Below are positions 11,671 through 24,800 of a DNA stretch of 64,000 nucleotides, one piece after another. Under the pieces are notes generated by a model that ran no database searches, had not been told where the DNA came from, and saw nothing but the letters and a program-made list of their open reading frames with translations. Made by a program: the position numbers and the translations under genes. Source of the DNA: Eledone cirrhosa (Eukaryota); contig OZ024748.1 of NCBI GenBank assembly GCA_964016885.1, forward strand, positions 42,780,001 to 42,844,000. The letters run 5' to 3'. Each line of letters begins with the position of its first letter. Within the stretch, counting starts at the first letter, position 1.

Positions 11671-12528
11671 ATAATAATAATATATCATAGAATTTCAATC
11701 ACAGATACATATTTCAATCTTCATTGATCTCGCCAGTGTCATGACAAACTCAAGATTATTTATGAAAATAAAATATAGACAAACACACAATAATAATCAA
11801 GGCAACAAAGTCAATTGTTCTATTAATTTATTTTTCTTTATAAAGGTGTTTGTAAACAGCTTCATTAAATATTTGGGCTGTAAACAGAAATCCAATGGGT
11901 CCTTTTATGACCTCATATGATCTTAAATTAACCCAGTAATTGGCCCAAAAATTAAATTATGCAGTGTTAAAAACAAAAACTGACAAACAATAAACAAAGA
12001 CTTTTCTGAAATTGTTCAAGATAAATAACTAGAAGTCCTTGAAATAAAATATCCAAAGATTATTTAGAAAAAAAAAGAAACAGTTGTCATTCCTTCCTCA
12101 TGTTCAACTAATCTGAAATCCTCCTCATATCCATCATAGAGGTCACAGACTTTCAGAAACCCAATTATCAGCAGTTTAAAATGGAACTCACTGAAAGAGC
12201 CAGTTTCTTACTGTCAATGAAACTAACAGCACCTGTTAACTGACTTCATTACAGATGTAGATTTTTACCTTCCACCTACATTTTATAAAACCTGGATTTA
12301 ATGAATTCTTCACGAAAGAACTTGAGACAATCTACAGGTAAACTTTTGGTTAATTCTTCATCAAAGGACTTGAGACAATCTACAGATAATTTTTGGTTAA
12401 TTCTTCAGTGAAGAACTACAGACAATCTACAGGTAAAATTTTCAAATTTCTCCATTCTCCCGACCCCAACCCTACCAATAAAACTGCTAGATAGTAAGTA
12501 GTCTGCTGGTTAAAAAAGCAGGTGTATT

Positions 12529-12676
12529 TCATTTGTAATAGGTTTCTTGTATGTTGTCACAAAACTTAATCAAATTGTCGTATTTCTGTATAATCAAAGC
12601 AAATAAATCAACAGGTAGGTTTGTTGTGAGTAAAGTAAACAGATGTCCAAATACTAAAGCATCCAGTTCTGTAGGT
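12529..12676 (-). CDS. MTX2: MTX2 exon 9 (terminal)
   Basis: [48 protein letters not shown]. Confidence 0.95.
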
Positions 12677-15600
12677 CTGTAAAATAGAGAGAGAGAAGAT
12701 ATTATAGTAAATAATTACATTGATGCGCATGAAAGACAGCTGTATAAAAAAGTGCAGGGCGATCAAAAATGACGGTAGCCATGGAGTAGGCAGACACTGA
12801 AAAACCTGGGACGATTTACTAAATTCCGACCTCACACACTTACACCTGACCAAGAAAATGTCACTGGACCGAGATCTTTGGCGCTACACAGTAATACAGA
12901 AGACCCACCTTGCCTAAGTACAAAGCGAAACCTAGTCAGTAGGCACCTCTTAACCAAAAATACACCCCCATCCCTCTACCCCCACCCCCATCTACACCAC
13001 CCCTTTCTCTGTAAAGTTATGTTGGTGCCACAACATCCAGTTCTAAATAAAAGAGGTCGTGTAGGTGTCACGACAAAAAAACACACAGTCCGCGCTGTAA
13101 TGTGGCCGTGTAGGTAACACGGTAAAAACCTCCCAGTCCACACTGCAAACGTGGTTGGTGTTAGGATGGGCATCCAACCGTAGAAAACCTGCCAGACAGT
13201 CCTGAGCAAGACAACCAGCCTTGCCTCACGTGGGACAATTCCCGTCTAAACCCATGCTAGCGTGGAAGATAGACGTTAAACGATGATGATGATGATGATG
13301 ATGATAGTAAATATATATATTATAGTATATATTGTATATAACAAAATATATATACATTATAGTATATATTATATATAGCAAAATATTATATATTATAGTA
13401 AAATATTATATATACAGTATACATCACACCATCATTATCTCAATTATATTACCTCACCATTGTCTCAACTATACAACACCGTCAATACCCACTACACCGT
13501 CATCACCCACTACACCGTCAATACCCACTACACCGTCAATACCCACTACACCGTCATCACCCACCACACCGTCATCACCCACAACACCGTCATCACCCAC
13601 TACACCGTCATCACCCACCACACTGTCATCACCCACCACACAGTCATCACCCACCACACCGTCATCACCCACTACACCGTCATCACCCACCACACCGTCA
13701 TCACCCACCACAGTCATCACCCACCACACCGTCATCACCCACCACACCGTCATCACCCACCACAAAGTCATCACCCACCACACCGTCATCACCCACCACA
13801 TCGTCATCACCCACCACACCGTCATCACCCACCACACCGTCATCACCCACCACACCGTCATCACCCACCACAGTCATCACCCACCACACAGTCATCACCC
13901 ACCACACCGTCATCACCCCCCACAGTCATCACCCACCACACCGTCATCACCCACTACACCGTCATCACCCATCACACAGCCATCACCCACCACACAGCCA
14001 TCACCCACCACACCGTCATCACCCACCACCGTCATCACCCACCACACCGTCATCACCCACCACACAGCCATCACCCACCACACAGCCATCACCCACCACA
14101 CCGTCATCACCCACCACACCGTCATGACCCACCACACAGCCATCACCCACCACACAGCCATCACCCACCACACCGTCATCACCCACCACACCGTCATCAC
14201 CCACCACACCGTCATCACCCACCACACAGCCATCACCCACCACACCGTCATCACCCACCACACCGTCATCACCCACCACACCGTCATCACCCACCACCGT
14301 CATCACCCACCACACCGTCATCACCCACCACACAGCCATCACCCACCACACAGCCATCACCCACCACACCGTCATCACCCACCACACCGTCATCACCCAC
14401 CACACAGCCATCACCCACCACACAGCCATCACCCACCACACCGTCATCACCCACCACACCGTCATCACCCACCACACCGTCATCACCCACCACACAGCCA
14501 TCACCCACCACACCGTCATCACCCACCACACCGTCATCACCCACCACACCGTCATCACCCACCACACAGCCATCACCCAGCAAACTGTCATCACCCACCA
14601 CACCGTCATCATCCACCACACAGCCATCACCCACCACACCGTCATCACCCACCACAGTCATCACCCACCACACCGTCATCACCCACCACACCGTCATCAC
14701 CCACCACAAAGTCATCACCCACCACACCGTCATCACCCACCACATCGTCATCACCCACCACACCGTCATCACCCACCACACCGTCATCACCCACCACAGT
14801 CATCACCCACCACACAGTCATCACCCACCACACCGTCATCACCCCCACACCGTCATCACCCACCACAGTCATCACCCACCACACCGTCATCACCCATCAC
14901 ACAGCCATCACCCACCACACAGCCATCACCCACCACACCGTCATCACCCACCACACAGCCATCACCCACCACACCGTCATCACCCACCACACCGTCATCA
15001 CCCACCACACAGCCATCACCCACCACACAGCCATCACCCACCACACCGTCATCACCCACCACACCGTCATCACCCACCACACCGTCATCACCCACCACAC
15101 AGCCATCACCCACCACACCGTCATCACCCACCACACAGTCATCACCCACCACACCGTCATCACCCACCACACAGCCATCACCCAGCAAACTGTCATCACC
15201 CACCACACCGTCATCATCCACCACACAGCCATCACCCACCACACCGTCATCACCCACCACAGTCATCACCCACCACACCTTCATCACCCACTGCACTGTC
15301 ATCACCCACCACACCGTCATCACCCACTGCACTGCCATCACCCTCCACAGTCATCACCCACCACACCGTCATCACCCACCACACAGTCATCACCCACCAC
15401 ACCGTCATCACCCACCACACCGTCATCACCCACCACACCGTCATCACCCACCACACAGTCAACACCCACCACACCGTCATCACCCACCACACCGTCATCA
15501 CCCACCACACAGTCATCACCCACCACACAGTCATCACCCACCACACCGTCATCACCCACCACACCGTCATCACCCACCACACCGTCATCACCCACCACAC

Positions 15601-18600
15601 AGTCAACACCCACCACACCGTCATCACCCACCACACCGTCATCACCCACCACACAGTCATCACCCACCACACAGTCATCACCCACCACACCGTCATCACC
15701 CACCACAGTCATCACCCACCACACCGTCATCACCCACCACACCGTCATCACCCACCACAGTCATCACCCACCACACCGTCATCACCCACCAGTCATCACC
15801 CTCCACACAGTCATCACCCACCAGTCATCACCCACCACACCGTCATCACCCACCACACAGTCATCACCCACCACGCCGTCATCACCCACCACACCGTCAT
15901 CACCCACCACACAGTCATCACCCACCACACCGTCATCACCCACCACACCGTCATCACCCACCAAACCGTCATCACCCACCACACCGTCATCACCCACCAC
16001 AGTCATCACCCACCACACCGTCATCACCCACCACACCGTCATCGCCCACCACACCGTCATCACCCACCACACCGTCATCACCCACCACACCGTCATCACC
16101 CACTACACCGTCATCACCCACCACACCGTCATCACCCACCACAGTCACCACCCACCACACCGCCACCACCCAGTCATCACCCACCACACCGTCATCACCC
16201 ACCACAGTCATCACCCACCACACCGTCATCACCCACTACACCGTCATCACCCACCACACCGTCATCACCCACCACACCGTCATCACCCACCACAGTCATC
16301 ACCCACCACACCGTCATCACCCACCACACCGTCATCACCCACCACACAGTCATCACCCACCACACAGTCATCACCCACCACACCGTCATCACCCTCCACA
16401 CAGTCATCACCCACCACAGTCATCACCCACCACACCGTCATCACCCACCACACAGTCATCACCCACCACACAGTCATCACCCACCACACCGTCATCACCC
16501 ACCACACAGTGATCACCCACCACACCGTCATCACCCACCACAGTCATCACCCACCACACCGTCATCACCCACCACAGTCATCACCCTCCACACAGTCATC
16601 ACCCACCAGTCATCACCCACCACACCGTCATCACCCACCACACAGTCATCACCCACCACGCCGTCATCACCCACCACACCGTCATCACCCACCACACAGT
16701 CATCACCCACCACACCGTCATCACCCACCACACCGTCATCACCCACCAAACCGTCATCACCCACCACACCGTCATCACCCACCACAGTCATCACCCACCA
16801 CACCGTCATCACCCACCACACCGTCATCGCCCACCACACCGTCATCACCCACCACACCGTCATCACCCACCACACCGTCATCACCCACTACACCGTCATC
16901 ACCCACCACACCGTCATCACCCACCACAGTCACCACCCACCACACCGCCACCACCCAGTCATCACCCACCACACCGTCATCACCCACCACAGTCATCACC
17001 CACCACACCGTCATCACCCACTACACCGTCATCACCCACCACACCGTCATCACCCACCACACCGTCATCACCCACCACACCGTCATCACCCACCACACCT
17101 TCATCACCCACCACAGTCATCACCCACCACACCGTCATCACCCACCACACCGTCATCACCCACCACACCGTCATCACCCACCACACAGTCATCACCCACC
17201 ACACAGTCATCACCCACCACACCGTCATCACCCTCCACACAGTCATCACCCACCACAGTCATCACCCACCACACCGTCATCACCCACCACACAGTCATCA
17301 CCCACCACACAGTCATCACCCACCACACCGTCATCACCCACCACACAGTGATCACCCACCACACAGTCATCACCCACCACACCTTCATCACCCACCACAC
17401 AGCCATCACCCACCACACCTTCATCACCCACTGCACTGTCATCACCCACCACACAGCCATCACCCACCACACCGTCATCACCCACCACACCGTCCCTGTA
17501 GGCCACCTGTTGTTATTCACTGTTGTACTGTAATACACAGACACTCTATTAACCCAGAACTTACAAACTAATTAATTTAGTGTCACATCATCTTGTACAA
17601 TAACATCACTAGAAGAAAACTGGCACAAATGACAATGTATGTGTGTGTGTATGTGTAATGTGTATGTATGTGTAATGTGTGTGTCTATATATATGTAATG
17701 TATGTGTGTGTGTGTGTGCATGTGTGTGTATGTGTCTATGTACGTATATATGTGTATATGTATACATATGTGTATATGTATACATATGTGTATATGTGCC
17801 TATGTAAATACACCTGCCTGAAGCTATATGACAGAATGTAAAAGGAGGTGTATGTATATATGTATGTGCATGTGTGTATGTATATATGTATGTCTCTCTC
17901 CCTCTCCCTCTCTCTCTCTCTATATATATATATGTATGATACCTACCTGAAGCTATGTCAGAATGGCTGAGAACATATATATATATATATATCCAGCCCT
18001 TGTAGGTGAGGGCTGGAAGGAGTATTTGAGAGATATTATCAACATCAACTTGTTACCTGTTATATTGTTCAACACCCCTCCCCCTCCCCCACATCTTTAT
18101 GTCAACATCTTTGAGAACCTCATTCCATTCTCTCAGGTCAGTTTTAACCTAATTACAACTTTATCAATGTATGTGTGTGTATGTGGATGGATGTATGAGT
18201 GTCTGTATGTATATGTATGAGTGTGTGTGTCTGTATGTATGTGTGTGTGTGTGTGTATCTATGTGTGTGTGTGTGTATGTATGTATGCGTGTGTCTATGT
18301 ATGTATGAGTGTGTGTGTATGTGAGAGTGTCTATGTGTGTGTATGTATGTACAGTGTGGATGGGATATTTTTATCCTGACATCAGTAGTAGCCTATTACA
18401 TGTGTATGTATATACATACACATGTATATGTGTATGTCATCATCATCATCAACATCATTTTACGTCCGCTTTTCCATGCTTTCAGCGTGCATGTGGAGTC
18501 ACATGGCTTAGTGCTTAGAGCATTGGGCTTGCAATCGAAAGGTTGTGAGTTCAATTCTCAGACCGGGTGATGTGTTGTTTCCTTGAGCAAGACACTTTAT

Positions 18601-18814
18601 TTCACATTTACAGTTTACTCAGCTGTAGAAATGAGATGATAGGGACTGGGGTCCATATCATTCCACTGCAAAGTGGTCGTGGAGGTGCCACGGCAAAAAA
18701 GCACCCAGCACTCACTGTAAATGTGGTTGGTGTTAGGAAGGGCATCCAGCTGTAGAAATCAAACCAGAATCAGTTCCCGTCCCACTCTTGCAAGCAGGGA
18801 AAAGCGGACATAAA

Positions 18815-18846
<32 letters not shown>

Positions 18847-21800
18847 ATATATATATATATCAATAAGTATGGATGAGGTGTCAAATTCTCATTAAGTTTA
18901 TTCAGGTGTGACGTGCGTTTCGTGACTGATCAGCTCAAGGTTTGATCTCTATCGATCAGGCCTGACTCTGGAATCAAAAGTTCCTCAGACATCTGTTAGC
19001 TTAACTAAGACTAACTTGACATTACAATCCCCAAACTATACACACACTGATACACGTACATACATCCCTGTATTAATCACAAAAAAGTTAATAATTGAAA
19101 GATATTTACTTGTCTCCAAAAAAGTATGTTTGATTACCAAGTCTATCAGATAACGCCTGACAACATGTCTTTATTTGTTCACACACCTACAATTAAAAAA
19201 AAAAATGGAATTAAATATTTTATTAACCTTTTCGTTGCAACATTTTTAATGAAAGACATTACTTATGATTTTTCAAATAATTTTGAAAATAATCAAGATT
19301 TTTCAGAGATTTAGTGAAATAACACATTTTTTCAATATTAAACAAGTGTTTAGAATATAACTGAACAAAAATCTTAGATAAAATTATGAGGGATGGTTTT
19401 TTTGATAGCACAACCGTATTACAGGGTGGACTGGGTGCTTATTGTTGTGGCACCAGCATAACCGTATTACAGGGTGGACTGGGTGCTTTTTGTTGTGGCA
19501 CCAGCACAACCATATTACAGGGTGGACTGGGTGCTTTTTGTTGTGGCACCAGCACAACCGTATTACAGGGTGGACTGGGTGCTTTTTGTTGTGGCACCAG
19601 CACAACCACATTACAGGGTGGACTGGGTTCTTTTTGTTGTGGCACCAGCACAACAACATTACAGGATGGACTGGGTGCTTTTTGTTGTGGCACCAGCACA
19701 ACCACATTACAGGGTGGACTGGGTGCTTTTTGTTGTGGCACTGGCACAACCATATTACAGGGTGGACTGGGTGCTTTTTGTTGTGGCACCAGCACAACCA
19801 TATTACAGGGTGGACTGGGTGCTTTTTTTTGTGGCACCAGCACAATCATATTACAGGTTGGACTGGGTGCTTTTTGTTCTGGCACCAGCACAACCACATT
19901 ACAGGGTGGACTGGGTGCTTTTTGTTCTGGCACCAGCACAACCACATTACAGGGTGGACTGGGTGCTTTTTGTTCTGGCACCAGCACAACCACATTACAG
20001 GGTAGATTGGGTGCTTTTTGTTATGGCACCAGCACAACCACATAACAGGATGGACTGGGTGCTTTTTGTTGTGGCACCAGCACAACCACATTACAGGATG
20101 GACTAGGTGCTTTTTGTTGTGGCACCTGCACAACCATATTACAGGGTGGACCGGGTGCTTTTTGTTGTGGCACCAGCACAACCATATTACAGGGTGGACC
20201 GGGTGCTTTTTGTTGTGGCACCAGCACAATCGTATTACAGAGTGGACTGGGTGCTTTTTGTTGTGGCACCAGCACAAACCACATTACAGGGTGGACTGGG
20301 TGCTTTTTGTTCTGGCACCAGCACAACCACATTACAGGGTGGACTGGGTGCTTTTTGTTCTGGCACCAGCACAACCACATTACAGGGTAGATTGGGTGCT
20401 TTTTGTTGTGGCACCAGCACAACCATATTACAGGGTGGACCGGGTGCTTTTTGTTGTGGCACCAGCACAATCGTATTACAGAGTGGACTGGGTGCTTTTT
20501 GTTGTGGCACCAGCACAATCGTATTACAGGGTGGACTGGGTGCTTTTTGTTGTGGCACCAGCACAACCATATTACAGGGTGGACTGGTTGCTTTTTGTTC
20601 TGGTACCAGCACAACCACATTACAGAGTGGACGGGGTGCTTTTTGTTCTGGCACCAGCACAACCACATTACAGAGTGGATGGGGTGTTTTAAAACTAAAA
20701 ACTAAAATTAAAACTTGTGATACTCACCTCCTCAAAGGACTTGCTGTACCAACCAATACTGATGAGCCGATTCTTAATCTCTGTGAACTTTTTCAAAGGT
20801 AAAATGAGATTGAGAGGCCAAGGGTAGCAGGCCCCATATCGAGGTTTAGTGATCTAGCAAAGAGAATATACATCATCATCATCATCAACATGGTTTGTAT
20901 CGATCGTTATTTGATAGGTTGAGGAGAGTTGTAGACAAGAAACAGGCCCCATATCATCAACACACCTGCCCTCTACGACACCCCAGGTTGATGTGTGGTG
21001 GAGACAAGAAACAGGCCCCGTATCATCAACACACCTGCCCTCTACGACACCCCAGGTTGATGTGTGGTGTAGACAAGAAACAGGCCCCATATCATCAACA
21101 CACCTGCCCTCTACGACACCCCAGGTTGATGTGTGGTGGAGACAAGAAACAGGCCCCGTATCATCAACACACCTGCCCTCTACGACACCCCAGGTTGATA
21201 TGTGGTGTAGACAAGAAACAGGCCCCATATCATCAACACACCTGCCCTCTACGACACCCCAGGTTGATGTGTGGTGGAGACAAGAAACAGGCCCCATATC
21301 ATCAACACACCTGCCCTCTACGACACCCCAGGTTGATGTGTGGTGGAGACAAGAAACAGGCCCCGTATCATCAACACACCTGCCCTCTACGACACCCCAG
21401 GTTGATGTGTGGTGGAGACAAGAAACAGGCCCCATATCATCAACACACCTGCCCTCTACGACACCCCAGGTTGGTGTGTGGTGGAGACAAGAAACAGGCC
21501 CCGTATCATAATCAACAACACACCTGCTGGAAGGTGTGTTTGAGTACCCTGTCCCCACGACCCTCCCAGGTTGAGGTGGTGGTGAGAAGAAAAAGTTGGC
21601 TCAGACTGGGTTTGAACTCAGAGTACAGGGGTCAAAACTTGAGGTCAGAGTACAGGGGTCAAAACTTGAGGTCAGAGTACACGGGTCAAAACTTGAGGTC
21701 AGAGTACAGGGGTTAAAACTTGAGGTCAGAGGACAGGGGTTAAAACTTGAGGTCAGAGTACAGGGGTTAAAACTTGAGGTCAGAGTACAGGGGTTAAAAC

Positions 21801-24800
21801 TTGAGGTCAGAGTACAGGGGTCAAAACTTGAGGTCAGAGTACAGGGGTTAAAACTTGAGGTCAGAGTACAGGGGTCAAAACCGGAGGTCAGAGTACAGGG
21901 GTCAAAACTTAAGGTCAGAGTACAGTGGTACAAAACCTGAGGTCAGAGTACAGGGGTCAAAACCTGAGGTCAGAGTACAGTGGTACGGAACCGGAGGTCA
22001 GAGTACAGTGGTACGGAACCGGAGGTCAGAGTACAGTGGTACGGAACCGGAGGTCAGAGTACAGTGGTACGGAACCTGAGATCAGAGTACAGTGGTACGG
22101 AACCGGAGGTCAGAGTACAGTGGTACGGAACCGGAGGTTAGAGTACAGTGGTACGGAACTGGAGGTTAGAGTACAGTGGTACGGAACCGGAGGTTAGAGT
22201 ACAGTGGTACGGAACCTGAGATCATAGTACAGTGGTACGGAACCGGAGGTCAGAGTATAGTGGTACGGAACCGGAGGTCAGAGTACAGTGGTACAGAACC
22301 AGAGGTCAGAGTACAGTGGTAGGCAACCGGAGGTCAGAATACAGTGGTATAGAACCTGAGGTCACACATAAACCATTTAGTCCAGCATTCTGAGAGGTTT
22401 TGTGTTTTATATTGATACCTGTAATATGCTAAGTCAGTTCAGGCTCAGGCTCAATTGTTGAGAATAGAATTAACTGATCTGACTCAATGTATTACCGGTA
22501 TCAGTTTTATCTTTCCAGAAGAAATAAAAGTCAAAGTTAATATATTCTATAGAATGATTTCTAATTTAGACATAAGGCCAACAATTTGTGGGGAAGAGAT
22601 GTTGATTACATTGACCGCATTATATGACTGGTACTTTATTTTATTAACCTTGGATGGATGAAAGCAAAGTTGACTGTGGAGGGATTTGAACTCAGAACAT
22701 AAAAAGACGGAACAAATACAACTAGGCATTTGTCTGACGCTCTACCGACTCGGATGATCAACAATGAGATTCAAAATAAACAGAAACTTTGTGAAGTGGT
22801 TTTACTTACTTCATAATATACGTCTTCGTGGCACCATGACAAATATAGCTACAATAAAGAGAACAAGAGAAACAGTTATATTCCAATAAGAAGCAGGCTG
22901 GCTGTGTGACAAATCATCAGGAGTGCCCTGATGATTTCATACAAATGAAACAGTTCTAGTCCTGTAGAAGACATTTCTATATTAAATAATTATATATATA
23001 TATCATCATCATCACAGTTTTACATACGTTCTTCCACACTAACATGGGTTAGACGGGTTGTCCTGTTGTGGGCTGTGTCCGGTCGGCTGACCTTGTCTTG
23101 CTCATACGGTAACTGATTCTGGCTTGATTTCTACAGCTGGATACCCTTCCTAACACCGACCTCATTTACAGTGAGTGCTAGGTGTTTGTTTGCCATGGCA
23201 CCTCCACGACCACTTTGCAGTGGAATGATAGGGACCCCAGTCCTATCATCTCATTTCTACAGCTGAGTAAACTAGAGTAATGTGAAATAAAGTGTCTTGC
23301 TCAAGAAACAACACATCACCCAGTCCGAGAATTGAACTCACAACCTTTCAATTGCAAGCCCAATATAAAAGGAACGAACGACTTTCGTCAAATCAGACTG
23401 AGGAAACAATGTTTCCATCGGTCTTTCCAGTTGCTAGTACTATCTATCGGTCGCAACTCCAGGTAGAAGGAGCAATGTGAAATAAAGTGTCTTGCTCAAG
23501 GACATAACGCATCACCCGGTCCGAGAATGAAACTCACAACCTTACGATTGTGAATCCAATTCTCTAACCACTCAGCCACACGCCTTCACAAAGCCCAAAA
23601 TATATATATATATTTTGGGGGGCTTTGTGAAGGCGTGTGGTTGTAGTATTGGTGTTTTTTTTAGTTAATTCTATTGACTGATTAATCGCTTAAGTTTATT
23701 TTAAAAACTACTCGGTTGAGAGTTTAATTCGTTTTGTGCTATTTTTGCAAATTTTGCAATGACTACACATACTGAATTCATTTGCCAAAACTAGGGGTTT
23801 TCTCCCCTTTGGAATTCACATGTGCTATCGAACACTGTGAGATCCTGGCGCACGCAGAATAAAATGCCTGTCGAGAAAGTGATATCCTTGTTCGATCATT
23901 ATACCAAAAGCTTATTTTTTATAAGCAGACAGTATTATTGATGTGGATTGGCAGTATTGGTAGAGGGTCGGACGCCATGCTTTCCAGCATAGTTATGTCC
24001 CTTTATGATCTGAGTTCAAATCCCGCCGAGGTTGACTTTGCCTTTCATCCTTACGGGGTCGATAAAATAAAGTACCAGTAATGCACTGGGTAATTGCTGG
24101 CCTTGTGCCTAAAGTAGAAACAATTATTGATTTAGGTGTCACAGAAACCCTATATCAGATTATACCATCATTCCCGAGGGTCCGGGTAAATATTTCAATC
24201 ATATCTTATTTTGTTTGACACGCTTAGCTTGCTCGCTTTTTTGGCTTAGGTGGTTAATGGCTTCTTAACCATCGTCTCAGTTTTGTATGGCCTTTTTAAC
24301 TAATGTTTATGGCTCTGGTATCTTCATATCCATTGAGCGCTTGCCAACACAATTCGGAAGTTGCGTTGGCCACAAGATTCTGTGTACCCAGTGCCATGGC
24401 ATTAAGTGTATATATATATCATCATCATCATCATTTTACGTCCACTTTTCCCTGCTTGCAAGGGCGGGACAGGAACTGATACTGGCTTGATTTCTACAGC
24501 TGGATGCCCTTCCTAACACCAACCTTGTTTACAGTGAGTGGTGGGTGCTTTTTTGCCGTGGCACCTCCACGACCACTTTGCAGTGGAATGATAGGGACCC
24601 CAGTCCCTATCATCTCATTTCTACAGCTGAGTAAACTGGAACAATGTGAAATAAAGTCTCTTGCTCAAGGAAACAACACATCACCCGGTCCGAGAATTGA
24701 ACTCACAACCTTTCGATTGCAAGGCCTATGCTCTAACGACTAAGCCATGTGCCCCCATATATATATATTTATATCCAGCGAATTTCCGACCGTTAAGGTT

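Noticed and set aside
13332-17544. 1339- and 1357-aa His/Pro/Thr-rich ORFs resembling mucins
   Set aside because: The 18-bp satellite is open in nearly all frames, switches frame repeatedly and lies inside MTX2 intron 8
18090-18150. VLKDVD-containing candidate MTX2 exon
   Set aside because: 19110-19186 gives the correct homologous exon with proper phases
18494-18570. tRNA gene
   Set aside because: A and B boxes belong to a SINE head continuing into core and RTE tail; no proper acceptor stem
19384-20802. Cys/His/Trp-rich repeat ORFs
   Set aside because: Translations of the 48-bp satellite; open on both strands
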